Positions 37,978 to 49,692 of a stretch of DNA of 64,000 bases are shown in pieces (the stretch's first letter is position 1; each line of letters opens with the position of its first letter). The stretch comes from Nemertoderma westbladi (taxonomy: Eukaryota; Animalia; Xenacoelomorpha), in the NCBI GenBank assembly GCA_032718475.1, contig JAUCBJ010006426.1:1-64000 (forward strand), given 5' to 3'. Both the position numbers and the translations under genes were made by a program. The notes under the pieces are model-generated. The model had not been told where the DNA came from. It saw only the letters and a program-made list of their open reading frames with translations, and ran no database searches.

Positions 37978-40532
37978 TTAGCACCTGTATATATCAGGGT
38001 ACTCAAAAATATTATTATACAGTTCAATGAACGAATTCTTCAGATGGCATCTTAGAAGTCTTTGTAAAATATGATCACTAATGTCCTTATTTGAGCAATT
38101 TTTAGAAAACCACTCAATAATTGTCTTTAATTGGTCTATGGTTTGATGATCAGACGATTCTTTAAGACATTCTTGCGTATATGTAATTGGAACTGGCTCG
38201 CATTTCGGATTTTCTGATCCTGAAAATACAGCTTTGCAACAAGTTATTAAATTAGTGTAGCCATATTCTAAAAACATTCCAAAATGAGAACTCATTTCTC
38301 CACTTAGTCCAAGTGGATGACGTTTGTCGGGTATAAATTGCGAACTCATTACGAAATGAGAATTGTGTAATAATTTCCTAAATTCCAGTACCATTTTCGA
38401 AAGGTCTACATTTTTTTTTCTCAATATATCAGCTTTGTATGGATCCACTGTATATGATGCAATAAAGACACTGTCTCTCACTTCTGCAAGCGAGTTGACA
38501 GTTCTGTAGTTTGTAATCCATCGTTTCCAAGATGGTAGACCCCCACTCGTATTCCTCTTAATTTTTTTGTGCACTTCTTCTAAAACATAATCTAGCCCCT
38601 GGCCTTTAAATGACAGACCCCGGGAGAAACCTTCATTTTCATACAGTCTTGAAATATACCCAGGTAGCTGCCACTTTTGTATGAAATAGTGTGTTATAAT
38701 TTTTCTGTAAATATGATTTGTGTGTGCAAAAAAGGTTGGTGCGAACTTGAATAAGAAAGTGTCAATTGCTTTAGAGTTGTTGCGTCGAATTCCAGATTTA
38801 AATAAGTAGGCTGATAGTTAGGACCAATTGTCCAATCAAATAACATTTTTTGGGATGGATTCTGAATCTTGTTCGCCCATAGATAAAAATCATTTATTGT
38901 AATATCTGTTGTCATTTTCTTTGCATATATTTCACTGATGGCCAACATCATTATCTCTTTCAAATTAGCAATTAATATTATATCGAATACTTCAGTCATC
39001 TTGTGGTGATCATTTGCTTTTAAAAAGGCTGATTGAGCCTTGGTCGTTTTGTAATTAGCAATTTCGGTAGCAAACATCTGTAGGAATGGTGTCCAAAGAA
39101 TCTTAGTTAAAGTTTTTATCATGTTCAAATGAATATGTCCAAGTCCAGGCTTTAATATAATTTGTGATGCCAGCTCCATATTTTTTTTTAGAATATCAAT
39201 AGCCAGAGAATATGGCAAACCATCCATGACAACAACTAACCACTTTCGGTTTTCTGATAAAAAATGTAGGCATAATTTCTGTAGAGAATTTTCCACTGCC
39301 TCTGATGACCCTGGATCACCTGGAAATGGATCATGTATTCTAAACTGTATGTCACCATCTTTCTTATCGAAATTAATTGATGTGCCATCGATAAAAGGAT
39401 ATGTATCCATTACACGAACACCAGTAGACAATTTGTCAGAGGCAAGATAATCATCATGCAGTTCGTTTACAGAACAACCATTGGAAATAAATTCAGCCTT
39501 GACCTCTTTGAAAACCGAACTTAAGAATCTAAGTCTTGTTGCTGCCGCAAACTCATCCATCTTGTCAACTTCGCATGACAACAAACTATCGAAACTCCCA
39601 CGGTCTATGAACTGAAGCGCAGTGAACTGTGTAGGTTGGATCGTATGGAACAGCATACTAGCAACACTAGTCGTTTTAGATATAGGAACTCCTTGGAATA
39701 TTACATGATAAGTTTTTAGATAATGTTGGTTGTTATCAATGACTACATGCAAATCACCAGGAGTTTCATAAGGAACTTCAAGTGCTTTCTTCATGACCTG
39801 ACCTTTTAGAAATGTGGTGCTTCCACTGGGAGAACCTAAACCTTGTAACATCGTTCCAATTTTACTACTGGAAAGCATATATGACACATACTTCTGCATA
39901 AAAGTAACAGGACCAATAAATGAATTCATCAATAAAAAACATAGTTGTTCAACAGTTTTAATTATTTTGAATTTTATACTTTTTGTAGCTTGAATATCAA
40001 TTGATTCCACATCTGCCATGAAACAGCAAAACTCCAAAAGAGTGGGATCTACATGAGAAAAGAAATTATCGCCAATAATTTCTTCATGAAAACAACCTTT
40101 AAGGTTTGCTGCAGTTTTAATAATAGAGGTTTTTAGAGATTTAAGGTAGTCTTGAATGTTATCCTTCGAATGTGAATCATTCAGATGATATACAACTTCA
40201 ACATTATCCTCTTCCATATTGCCACTTCCAATATAATCGTGCACAGTTGTTTCCTCAGTATATGTCCGTTTGGTTACTTGACTTACATGTTGAAGTAGGT
40301 TGTTTTCATTGAATTCAATTTTTGCAGAATGGTAACAAGAACGGCAAACATACCTGGTACTGGAAGGTCCCATACTTGATGTTGTTTTCTTTCTGATGAA
40401 TGCAACAACTGCGGCACTTACTTTTTTGCGTGCAGGATCAGTGCTCAGCAAGTCTGTAGTTTTATTACATGATCTTACCATGCATTTTGCCTTCCAATGC
40501 CAACTGGATCCTTGAATAGGAGGTACTTCCAT
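37978..40532 (-). pseudogene. Academ/DUF6589-like DDE transposase with one frameshift (~38820)
   Basis: N-terminal CxxxxC...CxxC; VVIDNN (D1); WLVVVMDGLPY (D2); PGLGHIHLN; the shifted frame reads GIRRNN...FFAHTNHIY...GQGLDYVLEEVHKKIK (E) and runs into ORF 37978-38574. Confidence 0.75.
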
Positions 40533-41700
40533 TTGAGATCAAATTATTTGATGTATTATAAGGTCTGAAGGTTAATGCATCAACTCTTACAATTATAATT
40601 TAATTTAATCATTTATACGTAACATATACGTGTACACCACATCTGATCTGTGGTACGTACGTCATACGTATACACTACAGTACATTCCTCATTCCGGGTG
40701 GTCCTCAAACCATTTTATAATGGCTGTCAATGGGAGGATTGAAAGGATTGAATGGCTAACTTCAAACCAAATTTTTTATAAAAATGATGGTTTGAAACTT
40801 TCAATCCGCTCCAGGCGCCTGGTTTGAAAGGATTGAACATCCACATACATTCATTCATTCATACTTGAACATACATTTTTTTTAAAGGCTGTTACTTCTA
40901 AGTTAATTTGATTGATGAAGTCGGTTGGCTTTGTTTGTACAATTTCCGAATGTGGTTACAGACAACACATGCCCCAGGCTCCTTCCCACATACAGCGCCG
41001 ATAATGGGATTGGATACAGGCAGCTCAGCATTAGGATTGAATATTCCAGACATACAAACCTGCAATTTTTTGTGGTTTGAAGTTGGATTGAACAGGATTG
41101 AGGAATGACCCCCAGAATGAAGAAAACCACCCAGAATGAGGAATGTACTGTATACAGGATACCAGGTATATAAAATGATCCTGAGCTATTTATTATAGGC
41201 TTAGGCTGCTATGTGAATCTATGGATCCGGCCAGATAATAACTATTGATTCAATTTACCATTATTTTAATTAAATGAAATAATTAATATATTATCAGACT
41301 AGAGCAAGACAAAAAAATTTACATTTATTCAATAAGGCAGTACAGTATGGTACAATACTGTGTAGTTCAGTCTAGTTATGCCATAATCAATCCCAATCAT
41401 TATTCATTATATTTCATTTTACCGGTAGTGGACTTCATAAATTTTTAATATATGTACACATACAGGCTGACTGACAGGTACCGCGTCATTAAGTCCTTTG
41501 GCCATTAGTTCCTGTGGCATTAGGTCCTGTGGTGTAATATCATGGTGTTGTTAAGGGAAAGGAACAGGTTACAGTGACATCATTCTAACCAAACAATAAG
41601 TCAACCAAATGACGCTTTTTACCTTTACCGAAGATACTAGGCTGAAAGGATATATTTCAAGAGTGGATTAAATATACTGTAGTGCGAGTTAGGCTAGTTG

Positions 41701-42032
41701 CCTAAATAGGCATCACAAACCAATTTTTTGAGGTTCCCTATTTAGGCAACATGAGTGACATCTCCTCACAAAAAGACACCATTGCGTCCAGACAAACAGG
41801 TAAATAAAATTGGTTCCAGTATCAATTACAGGTCTATATACCTTGTTGTATTTATTAAAGTAACAATATTCAGCGCCAAATTAATATCCTTATTTAAAAA
41901 AATATAATCTATAACTCTGACCGTCACATGTTGCTTAATTAGGCAGTAAAGATACATCACTATTACCTATAAAGGCAACACTACATTGTAAATGTTGCTT
42001 AAATAGGAAATGTCTATTGATGCCTATATAGG
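41701..42032. promoter_or_regulatory. CArG box array in the right TIR (4 perfect, 2 with a C>T change)
   Basis: CCTAAATAGG 41701, CCTATTTAGG 41737, CCTATAAAGG 41966, CCTATATAGG 42023; CTTAATTAGG (~41934) and CTTAAATAGG (~41998) are degenerate. Confidence 0.7.
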
Positions 42033-42921
42033 CAACTGTCCGTAACTGATAGGTAATATGAATCCCATAACCTTCATCAATATATTATGGTATATATCAG
42101 AAAAATTGGTATTAAAGCAAACATTGCCAGTAGCATTTCATTGCAATAAGTTATTTAAGTAGGCCTACTGGTACCAGTAGGCCTGGACTACCAGTATTAA
42201 ACCTTTGATATCTGAGGCATATCAGGGCATTGCATGTACTTACTAATATAAGTTAATGCAATGTCTAGTGATGGTCCAGATAATGTTCTTCTGAATTTTG
42301 TAAAAATAATTGAAAGTCAATCCTGATTATAAAAAAGTGTGAGTCAGTCAATCAACAGGTTGGTTTAGTAAAAAGTTGGCAAGTTAATGCTATAATGTTA
42401 TATATATACCTAAAACTCTAAAAGAGATAAAACACTGATAGATAATTGATAATATAAAAAGGAAAGTACATGCACTGCTTAGTGTCACTGTCTTTAAATG
42501 GTACCGGTACTAAAATTCTCATGCCCCCATCTCACATCTAGTAGCCAGTATTATTTGTCTTACAAATATGATTATTATATTTATTACCGGTATTTACTGG
42601 GATATGGCTTCTTCAATCGCTATATATCTTTACAGTTTATAAAAGTAGAGTCCAGATATGATATAGTTTATTTTTTTTTTAGTTTTAGAGTTAAAGAAAG
42701 GGTATTTCCGCGTTTCAGCATCGGTGGCATCATTTTTTTTTGCTACAAAACAGGGCTCTCTGGGAAAAATCTCTCTCTCAAAATTCAGTTACTACACGGA
42801 AAGGACTCAGACACTTTTGCCTAAATTTCCAGTCTCTACAGGAAAATACTGGGAACAATTTTTTAAATTTTTTATTTTTAGTTAAAGAAATTAGTAATAT
42901 TCAACTGGCAATGATGTACAT

Positions 42922-43540
42922 TAGGGTGAGGCTGGAGCCCCAACTTCTTCAGAATGGGCCTAGTATCAATCAAACCTCAATGGTCAATTTAGTGGGGGTA
43001 GAAACCCTCAAAACTAAAATAGAGTGAATATATATAGGACATAAACAGCAAATAATACATTTTATTTTAATTCAGCAAATCACTCACAGCTATACTATCT
43101 ATAATATAAATCATTAATGATTAGTAGTAGTAGTGTTATGCCAATTCAATATGATCTGAAAATTTAATGCCTATACCAACTCCTAAGAAGTTCAGAGAGT
43201 TAAGAACCAAGTTCTTTCATTTGGAGCTCTTTTGGATGATTGGCTGATTGGGCACACGTTTAGGGTCATTTTCACGTTCAGGTTCAATCTTTGCAACTGA
43301 ACTGAAATCACTTGCCAACTTCACACCTCCCTCTGCACTATCGTTTAATAACCTGAAATCTTCAACTGCTCTTTGAAATGCTAGATAAAAAATGTCAATG
43401 GGCCATGGAATAACAGGTACTTGGATGAATGAAGAAGATTCTAGACCCATGATACTAAATTTCATGTACCTCTTTAAATTTTTTAATGGTCAATGAATAC
43501 TTTCGGCACTCATACCTAAATCCTTAAGCTTGTACAAATA
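42922..43540 (-). mobile_element. 3' fragment of a hATm-like transposon
   Basis: LLNDSAEGGVKLASDF resembles the 'VND.AERGVKL' motif; candidate terminus TAGGGTG at 42922. Confidence 0.55.
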
Positions 43541-44274
43541 CGTAGACCTTACGTAGACCGTACATTTATGTAGAGCAATATTAATAATACACATTATAAT
43601 GTGTATCTATGAGTAAAATATCTGAAAATTGTTCATGTTTTTTTTCCTGTTTGGTCATTTATATATCTTACTATTTGTAGTATGTCATAGGCCTTTGATT
43701 TTGGGTAACTTTGACTCCCCCCCCCCCCCCCCCAGATTTCCCTTCTTTCCTATTGCATTCTGAAAGATAAAACAAATTTACAGATGGTGATTCATCCAGG
43801 GTGAAACTTTTGTATAGTCCTGCATTTCGAATTTTATATAAAATCATTCCCCCCATGAAGTAGATGGTTCAGATATTCTTCATTTTCTATTCTTAATTTT
43901 TTAGGTGACTTTCACTAAAGCTACTTTCAGAATGTTGCAAAAATGGTATCAAACAACAAACAAATCAGTGTTTAGTATGTTAAAAAAATGTATTCTGTAA
44001 AATATAATATGTGTATACAGAAACCTAGTAACATTGCCATTGTTTTCTTAGCAAAATAAAATTTTAGTAGCTTTCGTAAGCAACGGATGTGCAATGAAGC
44101 AACCTATGGATACAAACTTTTCCATAAACAAAGTGATTTAACTGTGTAAGTTAAAGTGTCTGTAAAAGTTACCCCCCCCCCCCCCCCCGTATCAGTATAC
44201 TTTACCATCATAACATTTCAGTTCCTATGTGCATACTCAGAATCCCCCTCAACCCCCAGCCCCCCCCCCCCCCC

Positions 44275-44515
44275 CACTTTATTTAGTAGAAGCTGTGCAT
44301 CTGCTAGCTTATTAGAGAGCAGGGCGATGTCATCCGCGAAGTCGGTGTGGTGTCTGTAACTTTAGTTGCTGGATATCTACTACTTCGTCGTTCTTGAAGT
44401 GTTAATCCCAGATCTTCACCCTTTGTGGCCGTCCTCATCCAGTATCCAGTACAATTACAAATAGTAATGGTGCTAATGTATCACCTTGCAGTACGCCAGC
44501 CAGGATTGAGAACCG
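44275..44515 (-). pseudogene. RTE-like RT fragment (domains 4-5)
   Basis: Minus strand reads ILAGVLQGDTLAPLLFVIVLD and DFADDIALLSNKLADAQLLL. Confidence 0.75.
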
Positions 44516-44519
44516 TGAC

Positions 44520-45278
44520 ATCCATGATAATGGAAGTTACAGAGCGATATCCATAGCCCCCATTATCACGAAACTCTGGGAAATTATTGTAGTCGATGAA
44601 ATAAAGAAAATTAGAACCAATGACCTACAGATGGGTTATAAGTCTGGTTATGGAACAGATGTTCCATACTTAATGGCAAGCAAAATTATCAAACACTTTA
44701 ATGCGCAAGGCTCAAATGTCTACATGGTGTCGCTTGATCTTACCGCTGCCTTTGACACTGTGTCATATAAAACTTTATTTGATAAATTAGAAGACACAGA
44801 CATAAACAAGTCCCTTCTGTTTTCGTTGGTATCATATTATAGGAAGTCGCATGGATATATAGCTATGAATGGACAAATAACTAGAAGTCCAATAAAACTT
44901 GAATGTGGTGTTAGGCAAGGTGGTGTCCTCTCTGCACTAATTTTCAACATCTACCTTTCGGAGTTGTTCGAAGAACTAGAAAAATCAGGCTACGGGCTTT
45001 ACCTTAATAAATCTGCCTTCCCTGGATTATCTTACGCTGACGATATTTTATTGCTTGCTAATTTAAAGGGAGATATACAATCATTATTAATGATATGCGA
45101 AGAATATTTTATAAAACATAATCTACGTCTGAATCAGAAAAAGACCTGGTATGTCGTGAGCCCAGCAACGCAAAGAGATAGAGCTGACATTAACCTTGGG
45201 AGCAATATCAGTTACAATGTTCATCTAAAGGATGGTACCAGACTTACGAGAACCCAATTCTGTACCTTCCTTGGTCTG
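44520..45278 (+). pseudogene. Non-LTR RT fragment cut by the LTR element
   Basis: YRAISIAPIITKLWE, QMGYK, LDLTAAFDTV, GVRQGGVLS..IFNIY, YADD; ends at TFLGL exactly at the LTR boundary. Confidence 0.88.
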
Positions 45279-46551
45279 TGTACGCGCTTTTGAAGACCTT
45301 TAGCAGTTTAACCCGCCAAAATTTATATGTCTTTTGGTTTATAAATATACTTTAGAAGATGACAAATATTTAATACCAATAAACACAACATTAGCAGAAG
45401 CCAGCCTAGTGCGTGTCCATTCACCCGCTGGATATTCCCGGGAGACTGGATTCTGAGGGCTTAGATTATTATTGCAGTGTAAGCTTACTGTACTGTATTA
45501 TTCGATTGATCGTTAATAATTAATTTCTGACTAATATTATTCACTTTCGGGAAATATTAACAGTTCCTTTAGGACGTGGCGCTCTATCTAAGTAAACAGA
45601 GATATGACTTATACTAATCACAACGGTAAGTTGGTAAGGCTTAAGATTCACGTATGAGGCGCATTCTTTAGGAAATGCTTAGTTATCAGTCACAATCAGG
45701 CACACTACCGGTAACATACAATACTGCTCACTAATTTGCCGACCGTCAATGAATTTTATCATATATAAAGAGAACAGCAACGAATCATGTAGGGCTTACC
45801 AAATAGCATTAAATTCACTACAAACCACAACAATATAAGTCGCAATCGCTATATATAACCCGTCTCTCTAACCTGTAGTGTATCAAGAAAATTGGGAAAT
45901 TTGGGTTCTTTATATATGTTCTCCAAATAATGTTCAACCAAACACAATAGTAAACAGCAGTATAATAATGTATATTGAACCGATAATATAAAAATAGAAA
46001 CCAGTTGATATGAATTGATATATGATGTGGACTGTTATGAACTGGTAACAGCTATACGCTCTATAATTTAAGCCTACTAATGTTTCTTCTAAAGTATGAA
46101 ACTAATTGATTCTAGAGCCGTTGTTCCTGGCCTAGATAGCAATAACAAAGTATCAAGAAAAAACAGTAAGACTGAACACTCTCCTTATGATCGGCCGAAA
46201 AGCTACACGTCGACAGGAAAAATCGCTCTGATTGGCTCAAGCCAAACAAAGAACCATGCGTCCAATGGCTGTTTCCATGTCAGCAACCAGCTGTTAGATG
46301 TCGTAATATGAATCATCACGGCTAAGCTGTGAAAGGTATTTGGTGCATTGCAGGTTTTTTGCCTTACCATGTCCGTTAAAACACGTATATAGCAGAATGA
46401 CTTTTATGTCCGTTAAAACACCGGTAACGGTACCTTGCGGGCGAGGGGAATATATATACAGTTAGAGAACCTTTTTTAGAGTATTCCAGCGCCTGGGGGA
46501 AACTGGATTGCGAAGCAAAAGGGCCAGTTATATCCCACAGAAGCTTTTACA
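45279..46551 (-). repeat. 3' LTR (~1.27 kb; inner boundary inferred)
   Basis: On the minus strand it starts TGTAAAAG right after a purine tract GGGAGCGG (46552-46559) and ends ...CGTACA; only 45279-45902 is confirmed by the second copy. Confidence 0.7.
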
Positions 46552-46629
46552 CCGCTCCCAGAAAATGGGATTTGAGTCTATACAATATACAAAATCACAG
46601 TTTCTAATATACGTAAATACTCTAAACAG

Positions 46630-48405
46630 TTAGTCTTTCTTGCGCGGACGGCGTTTACGCAGTTTTTTAAAGCTAGCCAGAGTCCTTTTCTCTTTGGGGC
46701 GAGCCACTTTACAAGGAGGGCTATAACTCCTGGGTGAAGGGTGCAATATGATTGCATCAGAGGTTGTAGGATTATGGTCGGTGTATCCGCCAGTCGAAGT
46801 ACCGGGTTGATTGACATCAACGTCAGGTGAGAGGGGTCTAACGGCTTTGAGAGCTCGTTTCAAGACAGCCGCTCTTACGGGTCCTTTACGAGTGGTCTGA
46901 ACGAGGGCCGTGGGTGGACCATAGGCAGTTAGAAACTTCCGGGGTTTAATGGTCCTTTCCAACTCGCGTTCGCGGGCTCGGTATTCGTAAGGCCTTCGAT
47001 GTACTTCCTGCAACTCGGGGTGTGAGTTAACAAACAAGTCTCCATAGTCCGGATCCTGACGGATATAATTGATTAAGTTATAGGAATGAAGGTCGCTAGG
47101 ATTAACACTCCTGAGAAATTTGCGTACGAATTTAGTTGAAATACATTCTCCGACGCGCTTCAGTAGCTCGTAACTTGATATGCGTGATTTCTGTTCAACA
47201 GAAGCGAATAGATAAGGATGGAACGCATAAACTCCTTCGTAAGCGCGTCCGGGATAATAGCGATGGCGCGAATCACAATGTAAATCAGCGTTCGCTTCCC
47301 AAGCTCTGATGTAACGCAGTGTGATCATTTCATCTACGCTTTCCAAATCGTGATTAAAAGGGCAGTCGAAACTAGCATGTCCCTTTAGTTGACAATGGTG
47401 ACATTGAGTCATAAATTGAGGGCAAACCGCAAAGATATGTAAGTTATTGAGTCTGCAATATGCGCAATAAGTTTCCATAGTCGGTTGTTCTTGGAAATAG
47501 GAACAGCGGACGTTGGTGTCCATGGGCGTATCGTGGTCTCTCGATGCGCATAACCGACAACGTTGCCTAGAAACATAGTTGGCATGTCGATAATCGTACG
47601 CAGTGAGACACTGTGGACCTTGATACCATTCTATGATGTAATCGTTATCGCTGTTCCGGGGCGCGATAGGCTGAATCTCTTCAGATTCTAGACATATTGG
47701 TTCGTCTTCCAAGTGCATAGCTGAAGTGGGCGCGTCTGTCTCTTCAGGTGAACCTATTGTCTGAATTTCCACGACAGAATAACCTGTGGGGATTCGAGGT
47801 CTTTGTATAACAGAGGAGTGCAAGTTCGATATACAAATCTCTTTGAAAATGGCGAATCCAGCGCTATCCAACTTCTCTGCAGCTGAGTTTCTTAGGCTGA
47901 GTTTGGTCAAAGCGCGGTCTTTAAATTGGCTATCCACGTTGCGGAACGGGGTTAAAAATCTCCGGAAACATTCGAAACGGATGAATTTATTATGTTCATC
48001 TAGCTTAGCGAGTTTGGTCCCAAGTATTAATGGATGGGCGCGTATAGTACGACTGCACACATCGGCTAGCCAACCGGCAAGTGCGGTGTTTTCAAAGATC
48101 GTGTATATAGCTAAGGAGGGACGGAGTGGAACACTCATGAAGCTATACACGGCGCCAGGTGCGGTCAATGGTCCATCAAAGTATAATCGAGAATAATGGT
48201 CTCCGTATACCTGTTGATAGTTAATGGGATTTCCGACCTTGAAATTCCATCCGTATTCCTGAAAGGCAAGATGTCCGATGGAAGTTCGTTGCACCTTGGT
48301 AATGTTGCTAGACGTATTAGCATACATGGTGCGGAAGAAACCTCGACCTTCTGCCCAGGGAGCAATCAGCTGAGTATCAACGAAAGGGTATGGAATGTCC
48401 TCCAT
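46630..48405 (-). CDS. Unknown 591-aa accessory protein of the BEL element with three zinc-knuckle-like motifs and a basic C-terminus
   Basis: Open ORF between integrase and 3' LTR; CRLCASRDH..., CAYC.....H....C, CHHCQLKGHASFDC; tail KKLRKRRPRKK; splice-acceptor-like CCTACAG just before the ATG. Confidence 0.75.
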   Translation of the reverse strand: MEDIPYPFVDTQLIAPWAEGRGFFRTMYANTSSNITKVQRTSIGHLAFQEYGWNFKVGNPINYQQVYGDHYSRLYFDGPLTAPGAVYSFMSVPLRPSLAIYTIFENTALAGWLADVCSRTIRAHPLILGTKLAKLDEHNKFIRFECFRRFLTPFRNVDSQFKDRALTKLSLRNSAAEKLDSAGFAIFKEICISNLHSSVIQRPRIPTGYSVVEIQTIGSPEETDAPTSAMHLEDEPICLESEEIQPIAPRNSDNDYIIEWYQGPQCLTAYDYRHANYVSRQRCRLCASRDHDTPMDTNVRCSYFQEQPTMETYCAYCRLNNLHIFAVCPQFMTQCHHCQLKGHASFDCPFNHDLESVDEMITLRYIRAWEANADLHCDSRHRYYPGRAYEGVYAFHPYLFASVEQKSRISSYELLKRVGECISTKFVRKFLRSVNPSDLHSYNLINYIRQDPDYGDLFVNSHPELQEVHRRPYEYRARERELERTIKPRKFLTAYGPPTALVQTTRKGPVRAAVLKRALKAVRPLSPDVDVNQPGTSTGGYTDHNPTTSDAIILHPSPRSYSPPCKVARPKEKRTLASFKKLRKRRPRKKD

Positions 48406-49314
48406 ATTCCTGTAGGATGACTAATATGTTTTCCGCCATTGATGGTAGTGGTAGAGAGCAGGGGAAGGCCTATGTCGTATTCAGAAATATTCAGAAATAC
48501 GATCTCAGTAGGAGGATTCAATCATTAGGAGGATTCAATCATTCGAAGACTATCTCTAAATGAATTTATCCCTAGCGAGGAGGTAAATACCAGTTCAAGG
48601 ATATGTTTGTCTCAGTTGTTCTACATAAGATTTATTTCTCCAATCATTGAGGGAGGTGAACAACCAGATTTATGACACATAATGGTACCAGTTGTTCACA
48701 AACTATCCTCGTGTCCTTTCAGTCCTTGTTTGTATCACGGTTGCGGACTTAAGGAAATTATTGGTGGTTGATTTTCTAATCAACAACGCGAGGGTGGAAG
48801 TTGATATCATAAATATCAACAGAATGTGGAATGTGACATGGACGAGAGGTGCGGACACCAATATGAGCATACAAATAAACAGTAAGGGGTGGGGGATTTA
48901 TTAGGAGGCGGTATGATCCATACCACGATACGGCAATGATTGGTCGATCGTCTCCCAAAGCTCCGAGCACATTGGGAAGAGAAGGTGGGACGAAGTATGC
49001 TATATTTTCGATAGCGATGTATAGAGGGATAAAGGGAGTAAAGAGGAGGGAGGATATATGGTAGTATCCATAAGATACCACAATGGACATGTTTCCGTCA
49101 CATCATCATTCATTCTTGCCCTTTAATTGTGATACTGATCACAATAATTACAGGAAAACGATGAAGGAAGAGAAATTACAGCCTCCCGAAGGAGACCGCC
49201 CGCGAGCACCCGTGCCCCGGGGAAAAACTATTCACATCATGGACCCTAGACATTAACCCATGTCTCTTCTCCAGTGTTCTCCTCTATTTGTCTTTACAAG
49301 TTTTCTTCCGCGTT

Positions 49315-49692
49315 CTATCTTTCGAGTTGTTTTCGAATAGAATTCTCGCGTTCCATTCTCGGTTTATCGTTACGACTCCGCTGGGTATGATATTTAAATA
49401 GAACCATTTCCCTTTCTGTATCTACATCGTCCGTATCATGTAAATCGATAGGGTGGCCGGTCTCTAGGAAGTCCATATACGTACCATTACGATTCGTATA
49501 GCGAGTGGTGAATTTTCGATAGTCCAATTCATGCGCAAGTTGCTCTTGGGACATCGGCGGTTCGATATAACGACCATCGTCCTCCGTAATGGTTGGATCG
49601 GCTTCACCGCGTATTAAGCTATCCACAAATGCTTGTAAAGGTAGAGTATATCGCTCCCTAATACCAAGATCATCTTCTATCAACTCCGTCAT
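49315..49692 (-). CDS. Possible small accessory ORF or exon within the BEL 3' region
   Basis: 125-aa charged ORF on the element's sense strand, preceded by an acceptor-like AAACTCAG; no recognisable domain. Confidence 0.35.
   Translation of the reverse strand: MTELIEDDLGIRERYTLPLQAFVDSLIRGEADPTITEDDGRYIEPPMSQEQLAHELDYRKFTTRYTNRNGTYMDFLETGHPIDLHDTDDVDTEREMVLFKYHTQRSRNDKPRMERENSIRKQLER

Larger units (their letters stand above)
30470..42048. mobile_element. 11.6-kb TIR DNA transposon (Academ/DUF6589-like transposase plus MADS-like/PHD accessory ORF), carrying a CRE insertion
   Basis: 354-bp TIRs (30470-30823 and 41695-42048) with termini CAGTTACGGAC...GTCCGTAACTG; 5-bp TSD ATAGG (30465-30469, 42049-42053); two convergent internal ORFs. 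Confidence 0.9.

Noticed and set aside
46630-48405. env gene
   Set aside because: No evident signal peptide or transmembrane anchor; zinc knuckles and a basic tail point to an intracellular protein.
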